From positions 6,554,428-6,618,427 of the forward strand of contig NW_003526941.1 in NCBI RefSeq assembly GCF_000181795.1: 64,000 nucleotides of DNA, written 5' to 3'. Origin of the DNA: Trichinella spiralis. Taxonomy: Eukaryota. Below the pieces are notes generated by a model. That model saw nothing but the letters and a program-made list of their open reading frames with translations. It ran no database searches and was not told the DNA's origin. How positions within the stretch are numbered: the first letter of the stretch is position 1; each line of letters opens with the position of its first letter. The position numbers were made by a program, and so were the translations under genes. This document shows positions 28,064 through 40,092 of the stretch, piece by piece.

Positions 28064-29947
28064 TCATTTAAAAAATTCCATTAGTTCTTGAAATGGACTT
28101 TTTTTCTTGAGCAGCAGCTCGGATGCCGTTTTAATTTTTCTCATATTCTTCCTCAAATAAATCTTAGCATCATACTGCATTTGCTTTAATCGATGCACGT
28201 CACTTTCATCCAAAGAGTATCTCTGCGACATGTACGGATTCAATCTGACATATGTCGATGGATGAACTAAATCTGAAATGGTTCTATGCACCACTGAAAC
28301 ACAAATAAAATCAATTTATTTATTTAGCATAGCACAATTATGAGTACAGTTTAGATTTACTTTCAGTTTCTGTAGCGCTTTCGATAATTTGAGCAATTCG
28401 ATCGCGTAGTGATGAATAGTCTGTGGTCGGGGAACGTTTGTTATTCACTCTAAAAGATCCATTTCCGATAGAAAGAATGCACTGAAAAGGTATATTGGGC
28501 CACAAATGTCGACATTCGTGAATACCAACAGCCGTTGGATTATTTGCAATCATTCCACCATCCTTTATTGTTGTTTGTTTGAAAAGAACATTTTCATGCA
28601 AACGCCCAATATTCAACCCACAAATTACATACCTGGTGTAGCAAATTATGCAACCTGCACTCTTGAAAATAACCAGGAGCTGCTGCGCTAGCTTGAACCG
28701 CTTCCCAAAGGCGATACTGACAACTGCCTTCAAAACTGGAACGCAATCCAATGGGATGATTGTAATTTCGAAATACAAATGGATACAATCGACCATCACG
28801 GGGAACACAGCTTACCAATCCAAGCTGAAAATTTTGTTTTTTAATAATATACAATAGGCAAAAATCGGAGGACTGCTTACTTTAGGATGCATTTTTTTGT
28901 GAGTTGTTTGAAGAAAAGTTTTCTCGCCCAAAGCTTGCCGTAAGAGTGTTATCCATGTTTCGGTGCTGTAATAAGAATGGGAACGCACTAGCCCTAAAGA
29001 GCCGCTAATTTTGCTTTGTGCAAAAAGTCGCGCAGGAACTAATTCATAAATTGTTCTGCACTCTGCGGCATTCAGTCCCAAGCCACCAATGAGGGCAACA
29101 ATAATGGCGCCGGTGCTCACACCGACCATGTAATCGAACAACTCGTGAATTCGGTAGCCCGCACAGGCAGATTCCAACGCTTCTAATACTTCAAGAGCCA
29201 TCAAACCTCTACAGAGCATAATATTAAAAACTGAAATAAAAAACTCCTTATATTCCAACCTTGTTCCACCTCCGTCTATGGAGAGCAATCGAATACCGCT
29301 CCCACTTACAGGTTGCACGTGACCCATTAAAGCTAAACATTCAGAAAGCTGTTCTCGAAGCTCTCCACCACAGGTCTTCCTGTGCCACTGAATTAACAAA
29401 GGCGTTACAGTTCTCTAAAATAAACAATTTTTTTAAAAAATCATATACAATTCATACACAACTTTAATACACTCGTGGAAAATTTGTATATAAAACATTC
29501 AAAAATAACTTGAAATAAGTTTTACTTTTAAAACCGAATTTTAATGAAAAAATTTCATACCATTTCGCGAATTGTTCGGCATTCAGGAAAAGAATTTAAA
29601 TGGTGCCGCAAATTGTTAACAACTTCCAGTTGATCGTGAACGGTTTTTGCAATTCCAAGCTGTCTCACAATTTCAAGCGTTTCTTGAATAATAGTTTCTT
29701 TAGAAACATAAGAAGGTGTTGTGTATGCATTTTTCTGAACGCAGATCTTTTTATCCTTTGTATCGGACTGCCAGATAGAACCAAGAAAATCATAAATGTA
29801 AGACAATGAATAGCCGTAATCGCTGCGCTTCGGTTCGATCGGCTTCGTTAGTTCAAGCTGATTCTGATCATTGCTGGTAAATAATCTATGATATTTAAAA
29901 TTATTTAAAAATCTAATCCAGCGTACTGGCATAAAATTCATCTTCAT
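28064..29947 (-). CDS. PNPLA8: Calcium-independent phospholipase A2-gamma (patatin-like)
   Basis: LSIDGGGTRG, GVSTG nucleophile elbow, ASAAAPGYF, HQDGG, NNPT, LSIGNG. Confidence 0.92.
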
Positions 29948-30457
29948 TCATTTTATGGAATAAAAAGAAATACCATTTTGAAGAAACAACTGTACTTGAA
30001 AGAATAACCGTATAATACTGAGACACAAGTTAGATCAAATATAAACTATGAATATAAGTATTTATACGCAGTAAATATAAAATTAATTAATCAGCTTTGA
30101 TAATTTAATTAAAAATTTTAAACTCGTTTAATTAATACATGAATTTTAGATTAAAAATATTCGAATTAAATTGTAGAGCTTGCAGATTAAATATCAAAAT
30201 AAAAAATTCTTTATCAAGTCAGGACTATTAAATTAAATTATCTTTTAAGATTTGCAATGCTATTTACGTTATAATGCCAAAAATTACTTAAAGTATACTA
30301 CAGTAATTGGTAAAACATTAAACTTAATGATCATAAAGGATACTGTTGTCATGTCACACGAACTTGTAACTTCAATTTTATTAATCCTTAATAATTGCGC
30401 ATACGTTTAAGTTGGACTGTATTTTGAAAATTAAATTTAACGTTACTTTTAGATATA

Positions 30458-31034
30458 ATGAAGTTCAACAAGTTTGTGAGCAGCTCTCGTAGAAAAAATC
30501 GCAAAGCACATTTTACAGCGCCTTCCCATATTCGCCGAAAGATTATGTCCTGTGCGTTAAGCCGTGAACTTCGTCAAAAGTACAATGTTCGCACATTGCC
30601 GGTTCGAAGAGACGACGAAGTTTTGGTACTTTTTTAATTTTCAAAAGTCCTAAAAATGCTAAACAATATTACCAAAGGGAAAATTGTATTAGGTATGTTC
30701 CGGTCATAACAAAGGCAATGTTGGCAAAGTGTTGCGCGTTTATCGGAAAAAATACGTATTACATATTGACAAAATTACACGCGAAAAAACGAATGGAGCT
30801 ACTGTTTACGTTGGCGTTCATCCTTCAAATGTAAGTTTAATGTTTAACAGTTTTTACCACATGAAATGACTTTAGCTTATTAAATTATTTACTGATCAGG
30901 TAACGATTACGAAGCTGAAGCTGGACAAGGACAGACGTAAAATAGTTGAACGTAAATCAGGCGGACGCAGTTCAGTGATGGAGAAGTTGAAAGGCAAGCA
31001 TTCTGAAGGGACAGTACTCATGGATACTCTGTGA
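30458..31034 (+). CDS. RPL26: 60S ribosomal protein L26 (uL24), 3 exons; not in the ORF track
   Basis: [31 protein letters not shown]...VRRDDEV...[25 protein letters not shown] about 20 nt after the stop. Confidence 0.97.
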
Positions 31035-31204
31035 TGAGCAACAAAATTGTAAAAATAAATTTATATGCTTCCATTTCGCATTTTGTTTGCTATTCACGGA
31101 CAGATGATGGTATTATTTATTAAGTTCAACAATTGTTTTTTGATCAGTCGACAGACAGTATTAGTGTTGTCATGAGTGACGTAGGGTGGTTTAAAAGTTA
31201 CACT

Positions 31205-34200
31205 TCAAATAGCTGTAGCTTTTTCGTCGCCTACACTGCTGGAGCTCACGATTGACCTGAAAAAAATGAAAATTATATTGTTTCAAAAAATTTAAATACT
31301 CTCTTTTACAAATGTAAAAGATGCTGAAAAATTCCGGCCAGCATGAGAAAGAAAAAACAGCCGACGAATATCCAGGTAATGGGCAAATCGAACAGCAGAA
31401 TGATAACGACTACCAGATTCAGTGGTATACGAAAAATGTTCATCACGGTCGATCTGGCTAAAAGTAAATATAACGAAAGGCCAGTTAGTCAGTGACCAAT
31501 GAAAGTAAAATGTATTTTATATTTGAGAACCTTTTTCAGGAACATGGACGCTTCTCATGAAGCTACTGGCTGGCCAGAACACGCCTACACAAATTTCGAA
31601 TACGGCAAAGCCCATGAACACGAACAAACTGTTCAAGCAGAGAAAAACTGGAAACGTTAGCGATGCAGCAGCGCACAGGAAAATGTATCTTAAAAAAGAA
31701 AAACCAATGAAAGTTGCAAATATTCGAAAATGGTGATTATTCATGAGAAGAACTTCATGAAAAATTCAGGACGCCAAACGTTGGCCATCAGTTTGAAAAC
31801 AGACGAACCAATCATAATGCAGATCATAAATGAAGCGAAAACTAAGCCGTGTGGCAGAAAACGATCTTTCGGATCCGGAGAATTGAGAACAGCAGCGGTC
31901 AGTACTGGTGTCCATTCCAGTACAAATGTATACATGCTTCCTTCGAACAACGATTGCACTAGACCAAGATAGGCAACTCGTTTGTCTACAATTGTTCTGC
32001 AGCGTGTTCACCATACAGAATCAATACATGCAAAAAGCATGGGGGAAAGGAAATGAAAATTTTTACTATTTGCGATGATTTTTACAGCCTGTGTAACTGA
32101 ATCGCGTAAAGACCAATGTTCATTGCCATAGTTTTCTGACCAAGTGGTCGCCACCAAGATTACCATAATTAAAAGTACAACGGCCGATACATCAAACGGG
32201 CCTCTGTTTGTAAAGAATGCAATTAATATTTCAATTGTAACAAAAAGAAACTGTAATAATAAATTGAAAACGTACACTAAACCAACAACGTCGGCTGCAT
32301 ACTGTGCAATAATGCCAGAAACGATGGCAACAATAGAATTGCCCAATACCACATTTGCAAACACTGCTTTCAAATGTGGTTCTTCGAAACCTTCCTAAAA
32401 AGAGAGGGAGAAGAAAAGGATAACAGGAACAGAAAGAAAAATTGTGAAAATCACCTTGAAACTTTCACAAACTAGCCATGATTCGAATGCACTGTACAAA
32501 AGTGACGTTGCGATGCCGCCAAGAAACCGACCAATAAGTAAAATCCAGAAATCATCGGAATGCTATAAATAAAAACAATTTTAAGTGTAAAATTAAAAAA
32601 AGAAAACAATACAATTATCGAAATGAAAGTGTTATTCATTTGATTAACAAAAACAAAATTAACTCACTTTCGTTATGCAAGACAACGCATACAGTATTCC
32701 GTATAAAATGCAAATCTTTTTTCTTCCACTAAAATGATGAAATGGAATTCAATTAATCAGAATAATTATTATGGCAAATGTATCTTTCGTGTGCAAATTT
32801 TCAGTCGATTGCTAAATTTGAAATGGAATTCATCTGCAATTGGAAATTCTGTTACTTACTGAAAAGAAAGAACAAATATTTCACGTTTGAAAAGTGAAGA
32901 AAAAGATAAGATAAATTTATTATTATTTTACATAAAAATTTGTCGACGTTAAAACATCAGTATCAGATTTAAATGGATATATAATTATTTAGAGCTTTTT
33001 AATTTTCGGTTTCGGATCATTGGAACGTGATTTGGCAACGGTAGGGATGCCGCTTTTGCCAGGCAAATGAATATTGTAACATCGATCAAGCACCGTCAGC
33101 ACATCCCTCGTTTCCAGTGTACTGCCTCGGCGATGTTTGGTCAATTGACAAGCTTTGGTCAGCACTTGTTCAATAAACTGGTCCGCTTCTTTCATCAAAG
33201 CACGTCGTACGTCTTCATCGAGCACAGCATTCGGATCCACTTGGCGAAGTAAAGCGTCGAAACGGTCGTCATTTATTAATGGTAATTTGCTTTCCGATTT
33301 CAAATTCGGTAACATGTTGATTCAAATAAAAACCTGCTGTTTTTGAAAATGCAAATTTTCTTATTCAAAAAACCACAACAACAAAAGCAAAGCTTTGGAA
33401 TTGACAGAATGGCAATGCAAGAATCGAAAGCGACGATGCACAACGCTCTGTGCACTGTTATCGTAGAATGCCGTTTATCGACGAATAATATGCAATGTCG
33501 TATGCTATACACAAGCTAGATGACTCTGAAGACAAAGCTCACCGTCACGTATAGTAAACATAGCTGCTCTTATCAAAACAGAACAATCAAACAATATGCG
33601 GATAATTTTCTACTCCATCTATTTCTACTGTAGATAATTTAAAAATAAAATATTGTTATTTTTCAATGCCACGAAAAAAAACGGATCATAAACTGATCAC
33701 ATCACAATGATGATTAAAATTTAAATAAAAATGAAGCATAATGTTAAATCAAATTGCAATATTGAAATCTATGTATGATAAAATCAACAATAACATGAAA
33801 ACAACGATTTTTTAGCTATTTTTACACGTAATCTGAAAAGCCATTTCTAATTAGAAACAAACCGTAACTGGAAATGTGATATTAATTGTACCATTCTTTG
33901 ATCATAAATTTAAAAAATTCTTATTCTGCATTTAAAGTTATTCAAAAATGCAAAAATATTAACATTTCAACGTGCATTAGTTGTTTTATATTTTAAGATA
34001 AAATAAACTTTGAAAAACGTTTTTCTATATCTATATAAGATTTGAAATAAGATTATCAAAATGAAAAAGAAAACAGCAGTACATTCGAAATAAATACAAC
34101 TTGAAAACAAACGACGTTTTCAAAAATATTACAGTATGGTACAGTAAAATCTAAAGCACGAATTAAAAGTTTTTTAATTTATAAAATTAATGGACAATTT

Positions 34201-35686
34201 ACAAATAAATGGCAATCACTTTTAAAGCAAAAGGATAATTTACGAAAGCGAGTCTCAAGTTGGCTTCTTACATCAACTTTATTTAATTTTTAAACAACCT
34301 GAACTCTTTTCTTCAATCAACAATATTACAACTTATTAGCATTGCATAACACGAGTGTGATATTTACTTATCTATGAAAGATGTTAATCAAAGCAGTTTC
34401 GTTAGAGAACAGGAAGGGTGATGTTTCATCACCGCATGTTGGCATATACTTTAAAGGTGCTTTAAAATGTTTAAACATTTGGACATGATAGAACAAAGCT
34501 TTAAACAAATAAAATTAAAATTTAAAATTAAACTTAGCCAACAGACAGTAATTCATTTCAGCTACACAAAGTTGTTAGTTGGACGTACTGTTAGTGCTAT
34601 CGATCGATCGAAAGCAAAAAAGAAATGGAACAACCAAAACATTGCGCAAGCTGTTGGGAAAAAGTTACCGGAAAAGCGCTGATGGTCGACAAGAAAATTT
34701 ACCATGAAAATTGTTTCGTATGCAGTACATGTTCCCGTCCTTTGGACAAATATTTCCAAGTATGATTCATTTTTGTATTATTATTTTTCATAAATATAAT
34801 TTTGTAAAAAAACATTGAAAAATGAAATTAAATAATATTTAGTGTAACGATTTCAAAAATATCTGCAACTTCTGCTACGTTAAAATGCACAAGCCGAAAT
34901 GTCAGCGTTGTACGAAAGTTATCAAAGAAGGGCGTTGCATGTTCGCTTCGAAATACTGCTATCATGAAAAATGCTACGCTTGCACTGACTGTTTAAACTC
35001 GCTTCACCAATCAAGGCCATTTTTAGTAAATCAGCAGCTCTACTGTCAAGTATTATTCATTAATTTATTTACTTTATGATTATGCTTTTACATATATGTT
35101 TGTTTGCTTTTTCAAGAAACACTGGCCAAAAGCGCAGGAAATGGCTGAGTGGAAGAAGCAGAAGTGATAAGCAGTTTATAAGAAAATGAAATACAATAAC
35201 CGAATGAATAACCCTATTATTTTTTTATAATTATAAAAATTAATAAATTTATTTTTAAAAAAAGTAAAACTGTATACATTTTAATATGACTTACAACGTG
35301 TCCGCAAAGGCACCAACCACAGTGCCGAAAATCATGCTCGAGCCAAAGCCAACAGCGAAGAGAAGTTCAATTTCATGTTTTTGCATTCCGTAACTTTGAT
35401 ACAAAGCGTAAACGTGCGGGCCTTGCAGCCAATCTCCAGCTGAATGAAAATATTAATTAATATTGATTATTAATTATTATTTTTGACGAAAAATTAAATT
35501 CTACGAATAATAAGGTGGGAAAATGGAAATATTACCAACAGCTAACAGATAGACTCGTAAAAATTTCCATTGAAATTTTGCCAATTCACGACGAATAATC
35601 GCAGACTGGCCTTTGAAATCGGACGCGACGTACAAAACGAAACAGACAACGGCCAACAATACGAACGCGACGATGAAATTCACCAT
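31205..35686 (-). CDS. MFSD5: MFSD5 molybdate-anion transporter / DUF791 MFS protein, multi-exon, with a 2.57-kb second intron (32729-35294)
   Basis: GDWLQGPHVYALY, AVGFGSSMIFGTVVGAFADT|FGRKK, GRFLGGIATSLLYSAFESW, WSENYG, SLFEGSMYTFVLEWTP, RSTVMNIFRIPLN. Confidence 0.92.
32989..33315 (-). CDS. TAF12: TAF12-like histone-fold protein (TFIID/SAGA subunit), single coding exon, nested in the MFSD5 intron
   Basis: LLRQVDPNAVLDEDVRRALMKEADQFIEQV...ACQLTKHRRGSTLETRDVLTVLDRCYNIHLPG matches the TAF12 histone fold. CAGCAG acceptor upstream and AATAAA at 32921-32916. Confidence 0.88.
   Translation of the reverse strand: MLPNLKSESKLPLINDDRFDALLRQVDPNAVLDEDVRRALMKEADQFIEQVLTKACQLTKHRRGSTLETRDVLTVLDRCYNIHLPGKSGIPTVAKSRSNDPKPKIKKL
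34625..35167 (+). CDS. Small two-LIM-domain protein (~130 aa), 3 exons (34625-34759, 34843-35049, 35117-35167), nested antisense in the MFSD5 intron
   Basis: LIM1 CASC..YHENCFVCSTC..ICNFC; LIM2 CQRC..YHEKCYACTDC..YCQKH; all junctions phase 0; AATAAA at 35242. Confidence 0.85.
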
Positions 35687-36921
35687 CTTTTACAAATGAC
35701 CAATCTGAAAATCCACCTGTGATTGGTTGAATGGACGACGATATGCAAAATTTTCTTTTTATCAGAAAATATTTCAAATTTTATTGCCAAATTGTTGTGA
35801 ATATTTTTCACGTGAAATATTAGTATTTTTAGAGGAAAAAAAATGTAATTTTACCATTTAAATATCTACCGATGAAAAAAATACTGATATTTCATCAACT
35901 GGGTGGGCTTGAATTTCGATTGTAAATAAGTTGGATGTTGGAGAAGTTTTTCATTTGCGTTCACTGAAGCGCCTTTTCTATAAAATCAAGGTCACGGACG
36001 ACCAGTTTTGCTGTTTGAAAATTCGCCCACAACAGACCGACAATGCAAGCCAAATTTTCGACTACTGTTTGTTCAACTTCAATATTCAAATTTTTATTTC
36101 CACTTTCAATGGAATTGAATTTTTTAAGTGGTTCAAATGTCCAAGTAAATACTGCTTTATTTAAATTCATTTATTCTCTTAACAATGAAAAGTTCCCTTT
36201 CGACCGTATGCCCATTTTATTCATACATACAATAAAGCAATTATTATGAAAATCAATAAATTGAAAATTTTTAATTTATCAATATACACATCTTATTATA
36301 ATGCTTAAACATCAATTAACTGTTGCATGTTGCATGAAATATTAAAATAAACTTGTTTTTTTCCAAAATTGCTACAAAAGAACAATTTTCAAGATCATTT
36401 TGAAATTAAAATGCGTGAAATTGCATTTTTAATCGTTCTTATTTACAATTTTATTGTTCATCATCAAGATGCGCTAAATATTTTTTTCATTGATCAGTTT
36501 TTATGCTAATCCGATGATGCAACCTTACATTGCTTAATTGATCTTCCTTTTTCCATTTCAATGGACATATTGAACTGCAGTTGACTTGTCGTGACACAGT
36601 ACAAAATCTACGGTACTTGCACTGAATGATACAAACTTGCCCCAATTACGCAACAGTTACATCATCTTCAAAACAACATTGTATTGTAAATTAATAATAA
36701 TTTTGTAAATCACTTTTCTAAAATAAATTATATTTACACAAATAACTCACTACTTTGAAATTAATTCAAAATGTAGCCTGATTATTATTTTTTGTTCAGT
36801 TGAATTCAATTCAATAGTAGACAAGAATATTCGACAGCAAAATTAGCATAATTTCCCACCCAAAAATTAAGCAAGTTTTGAAAATATCCCCTTTTTAGCA
36901 GCTTCAATTCTATTTCAAACA

Positions 36922-38220
36922 ATGAAGTGGCTGAGTTTGATTTTGCTGGTCATTCAAAATACCACTCAGAGTATTTTAATCCATTATTCCAAAGTACGAC
37001 CCAAGGCTGTGAATTATTTGCAGACGTCTGTGGTTTTTTGGTCCGAAATTGTGAAATTGGTCATTTCAATCTGCGCTTTCAGTTGCGAAGAAAATCAAGG
37101 CCCAATAGTGTAAGCATTTGCATTCGAACAATCGTTTGTCTGTAAATTGGAATCAATTTCACATTTCAGTGCGACAAAAATCATATGCAACGCCCTTTCC
37201 AACACACTGGATACTGTCAAAGTAGGCGGCCTGTCGTTACTGTATACGGTACAAAACAATCTCGTCTTCTACGCCGCCGCCCATCTTGAACCAAGTCTAT
37301 TCCAAGTAAATGAAACAAAATTGAATTTTTTTTGTGTTCTAAAACTAAACTTTCCATGCTTCAGGTTTTGCTCCAAGCAAAGCTTCTGTTCACTGCAATT
37401 TTTTCAGTCTGCATTCTGAAAAAGTCGCTCAGCAGACTACAATGGGTAGCACTGCTTCTCTTAACCACAGGTATGGCACTGGCACAAATTAATCAACATC
37501 AATCAGTTCACATTACACAGTCGACTAAACTAGACCACAGTATCCAAGAAATGTGGTTAGGTAAAGTTTGAATTTTTCAACAATTTTACTATGAATTTCA
37601 ATATCTATTTGGTCATTGCGCAACATCCCAGGCACAGCGTCAGTGTTAGGCGCTACAGCGTTATCCGGTTTCTCTGGTGTTTATTTGGAGAAAATTTTGA
37701 AACACACCAAACCGTCTCTGTGGTTGCGCAATGTTCAACTGGCCATTAGCGCAGTGCCAATTTCAGCCATACTGTTGATCATGGAACAATCAACCCCGCC
37801 CAGAAGGGGTCTGTTCCACGATTATGATTGGCTAGTTGTTTTGCTGATCCTCTGGTTCGCCTCTGGCGGTATTATTGTAGCTTTAGCTATCAAACATGCC
37901 GACAACATACTGAAAGTGTGCAATTCTTCATTCTGCCTTTTCCAAACTTTACAAAATGTAGCTCGATGTTTGTTTTTCAGGGTTTCGCTAATGCTTTAGC
38001 AATTGTTGTCACAAGTCTATGCACAATTTACCTGTTCAACTTCCGACCGAGTCGAGAATTCTGTTTCGGCGTTGTACTGGTCATACTGTCCATTGGCTTG
38101 TACGTTGGCAATTGGTCTGCACAGACCACCACGCCCTCTTATCAAAAAATTGACACAAATTTAGATAATCAATTATCGGATGTTGTATGTTTAAAAACGT
38201 TCACTGAAGTAAAACATTAA
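36922..38220 (+). CDS. SLC35A-family nucleotide-sugar (UDP-galactose / UDP-GlcNAc-type) transporter, 5 exons
   Basis: WSEIVKL, LYTVQNNL, QAKLLFTAIFS, LSGFSGVYLEKILK, SLWLRNVQL, GGIIVALAIKHADNILKGFA. Confidence 0.9.
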
Positions 38221-39475
38221 AACAATTTTTGAATAATCCAATAAATTAACAACACAAATACAACTAAAAACATAGCACCAACGGCGACGGCGACGAATCG
38301 ATCACGCATAAGTCGGTTCATAATAGCAGAAAGAGATCGACTACTCTCATAAATATCGTCGTGAGCACTTCTGACCTGAAGCGACGATTAAACCAAGTAA
38401 ATTACACCCATACTTAAAGTAGAAAAAAAAATACTATACCCTGTTCTTTGTCTTTGTTATTACTTCTCTTTGAGATTCCAAATCACGCAGTGTTTGTGCA
38501 CCAATATCAACTGCATAATTTGATGACAACATATAAATTCAGTAAATAAACTTTATATGCAAATTATTAAAATTCCACAACTACCAACCTGTTTCGAGAG
38601 TAAGATCATAAGCGTCGATCAATCGTCGGCTTGATCGTTCAAGAATTTCAGTATTATTGATTAACAGCGCTTTCTGAAACATTTAACGTAAACGTAATAT
38701 ATAAAATTTAAAACTGAACAAAATTCAAACTTGATTTTCATTCAAACTGTCTTCACTGAACAATTCTGCTCTTTGATCGACATTTGCAGCTTGCCGACGT
38801 ATTTTTTCCTATTCAACATTCATTTAATTCAAAAAAAACATAGTCAAGAAAGAAAATAAACTTGAAATAAAAACAATCAAATTTAAATAACATACTAATT
38901 CTGTTTCTAATTTCTGAGCATCAATTCTGAAACTTGATATTGTCGTGGTGAGTCTCTTGCGTTCATGTTCGTCAGTTTCATCGTGCGAAAACAGCTCAAT
39001 CTGTTCAAGTAGTTCGTCAATCTCACGAATTTGGCGATCCGCTTCTTCTATAACCGCACGTTTCTCGGCTTAAAAAAGGGAAAACAGCTTCAAACGTGAA
39101 GCATAACAAAAAACAGAACAAAAAATCAATAAAAACGTCATCACAAAATGTCTGCATTTTCAAAACTTAATTGATTAAAATAAAATTTAACACACATCTT
39201 CATTCACTGCAACACTAGAAAGCAAACAAACGAACGATACGCATATTCCCGTAAAAGTAGTTCAAAAACTTTAATGAAATTTTAAATAATTATTAAAAAA
39301 TGCTTTCAATTACTTACAATAAAATTAAACATTGCTTTCTTTTATTAAATTGAATGTATTGCGGTGCTCTTATACCTCCCGTCAATCTTTGCGCACGAGC
39401 TACATTTGCCGTTAATGAAGCTGATAAATTTCCATATTGTTGTTTAAGCTGACTGCTCAGCGATACGCTAGCCAT
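38217..39475 (-). CDS. VTI1A: Qb-SNARE VTI1 homolog, 6 exons; not in the ORF track
   Basis: Habc helices (QQYGNLSASLT; AEKRAVIEEADRQIREIDELLEQIEL), SNARE motif LLINNTEILERSSRRLIDAYDLTLETVDIGAQTLRDLESQREVI, C-terminal TM FVAVAVGAMFLVVFVLLIYWII. The A/B paralog call is tentative. Confidence 0.88.
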
Positions 39476-39817
39476 ACCAAGCGCAGGTTGGAATATAAAA
39501 CAGCAGACATCTGCTGCGTACTATACGAACAAAACTGATTTTCAAGTAATTAAAATTATTTTTGTAAACAAAAAAATTTTTTTCATTTATAAACTAACCT
39601 TCAGCATTATGTAAAATTAATTATACAACTTTCATAAAACTTTTCTCAAATCGATACTAAATTTTCAGCTACACATCAAGCTATGATGGCTGCATATAAT
39701 GCAATTTACATCCCAATAATACAAAGCTATTTGAATTTCACATAATAGAATTTATTTCCCAATTATCCAGTAATTCGCCTTTCAAAAAGACGCGATTACA
39801 GTTGTGCCAATGTATAT

Positions 39818-39973
39818 TCATAGCTTCAGTTTTGTTCTACGCCAGTGACGTCGTTTAACGTTATAACGAATTCGGTTTCCGGTTCGCAGACGAAACCACT
39901 GTGGAACGGGCTTGTTAACGCGCTGAGCTTTGGCCAATTTTCTCTTGATTCGAAAAGTTTTATGTGAAGCCAT
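39818..39973 (-). CDS. RPL39: 60S ribosomal protein L39 (eL39), 51 aa; below the ORF-track length cutoff
   Basis: [51 protein letters not shown]; the ATG directly follows TTTCAG. Confidence 0.97.
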   Translation of the reverse strand: MASHKTFRIKRKLAKAQRVNKPVPQWFRLRTGNRIRYNVKRRHWRRTKLKL

Positions 39974-40092
39974 CTGAAATTAAAATATTACTACAAATTC
40001 AAAATGAAGCATGAAATTTTTTACGCGGTACACAGGTAAAAAGATATAAACTGTTCAAATCAAATAGAATAAAAAGCGTAATTGTAATAATT

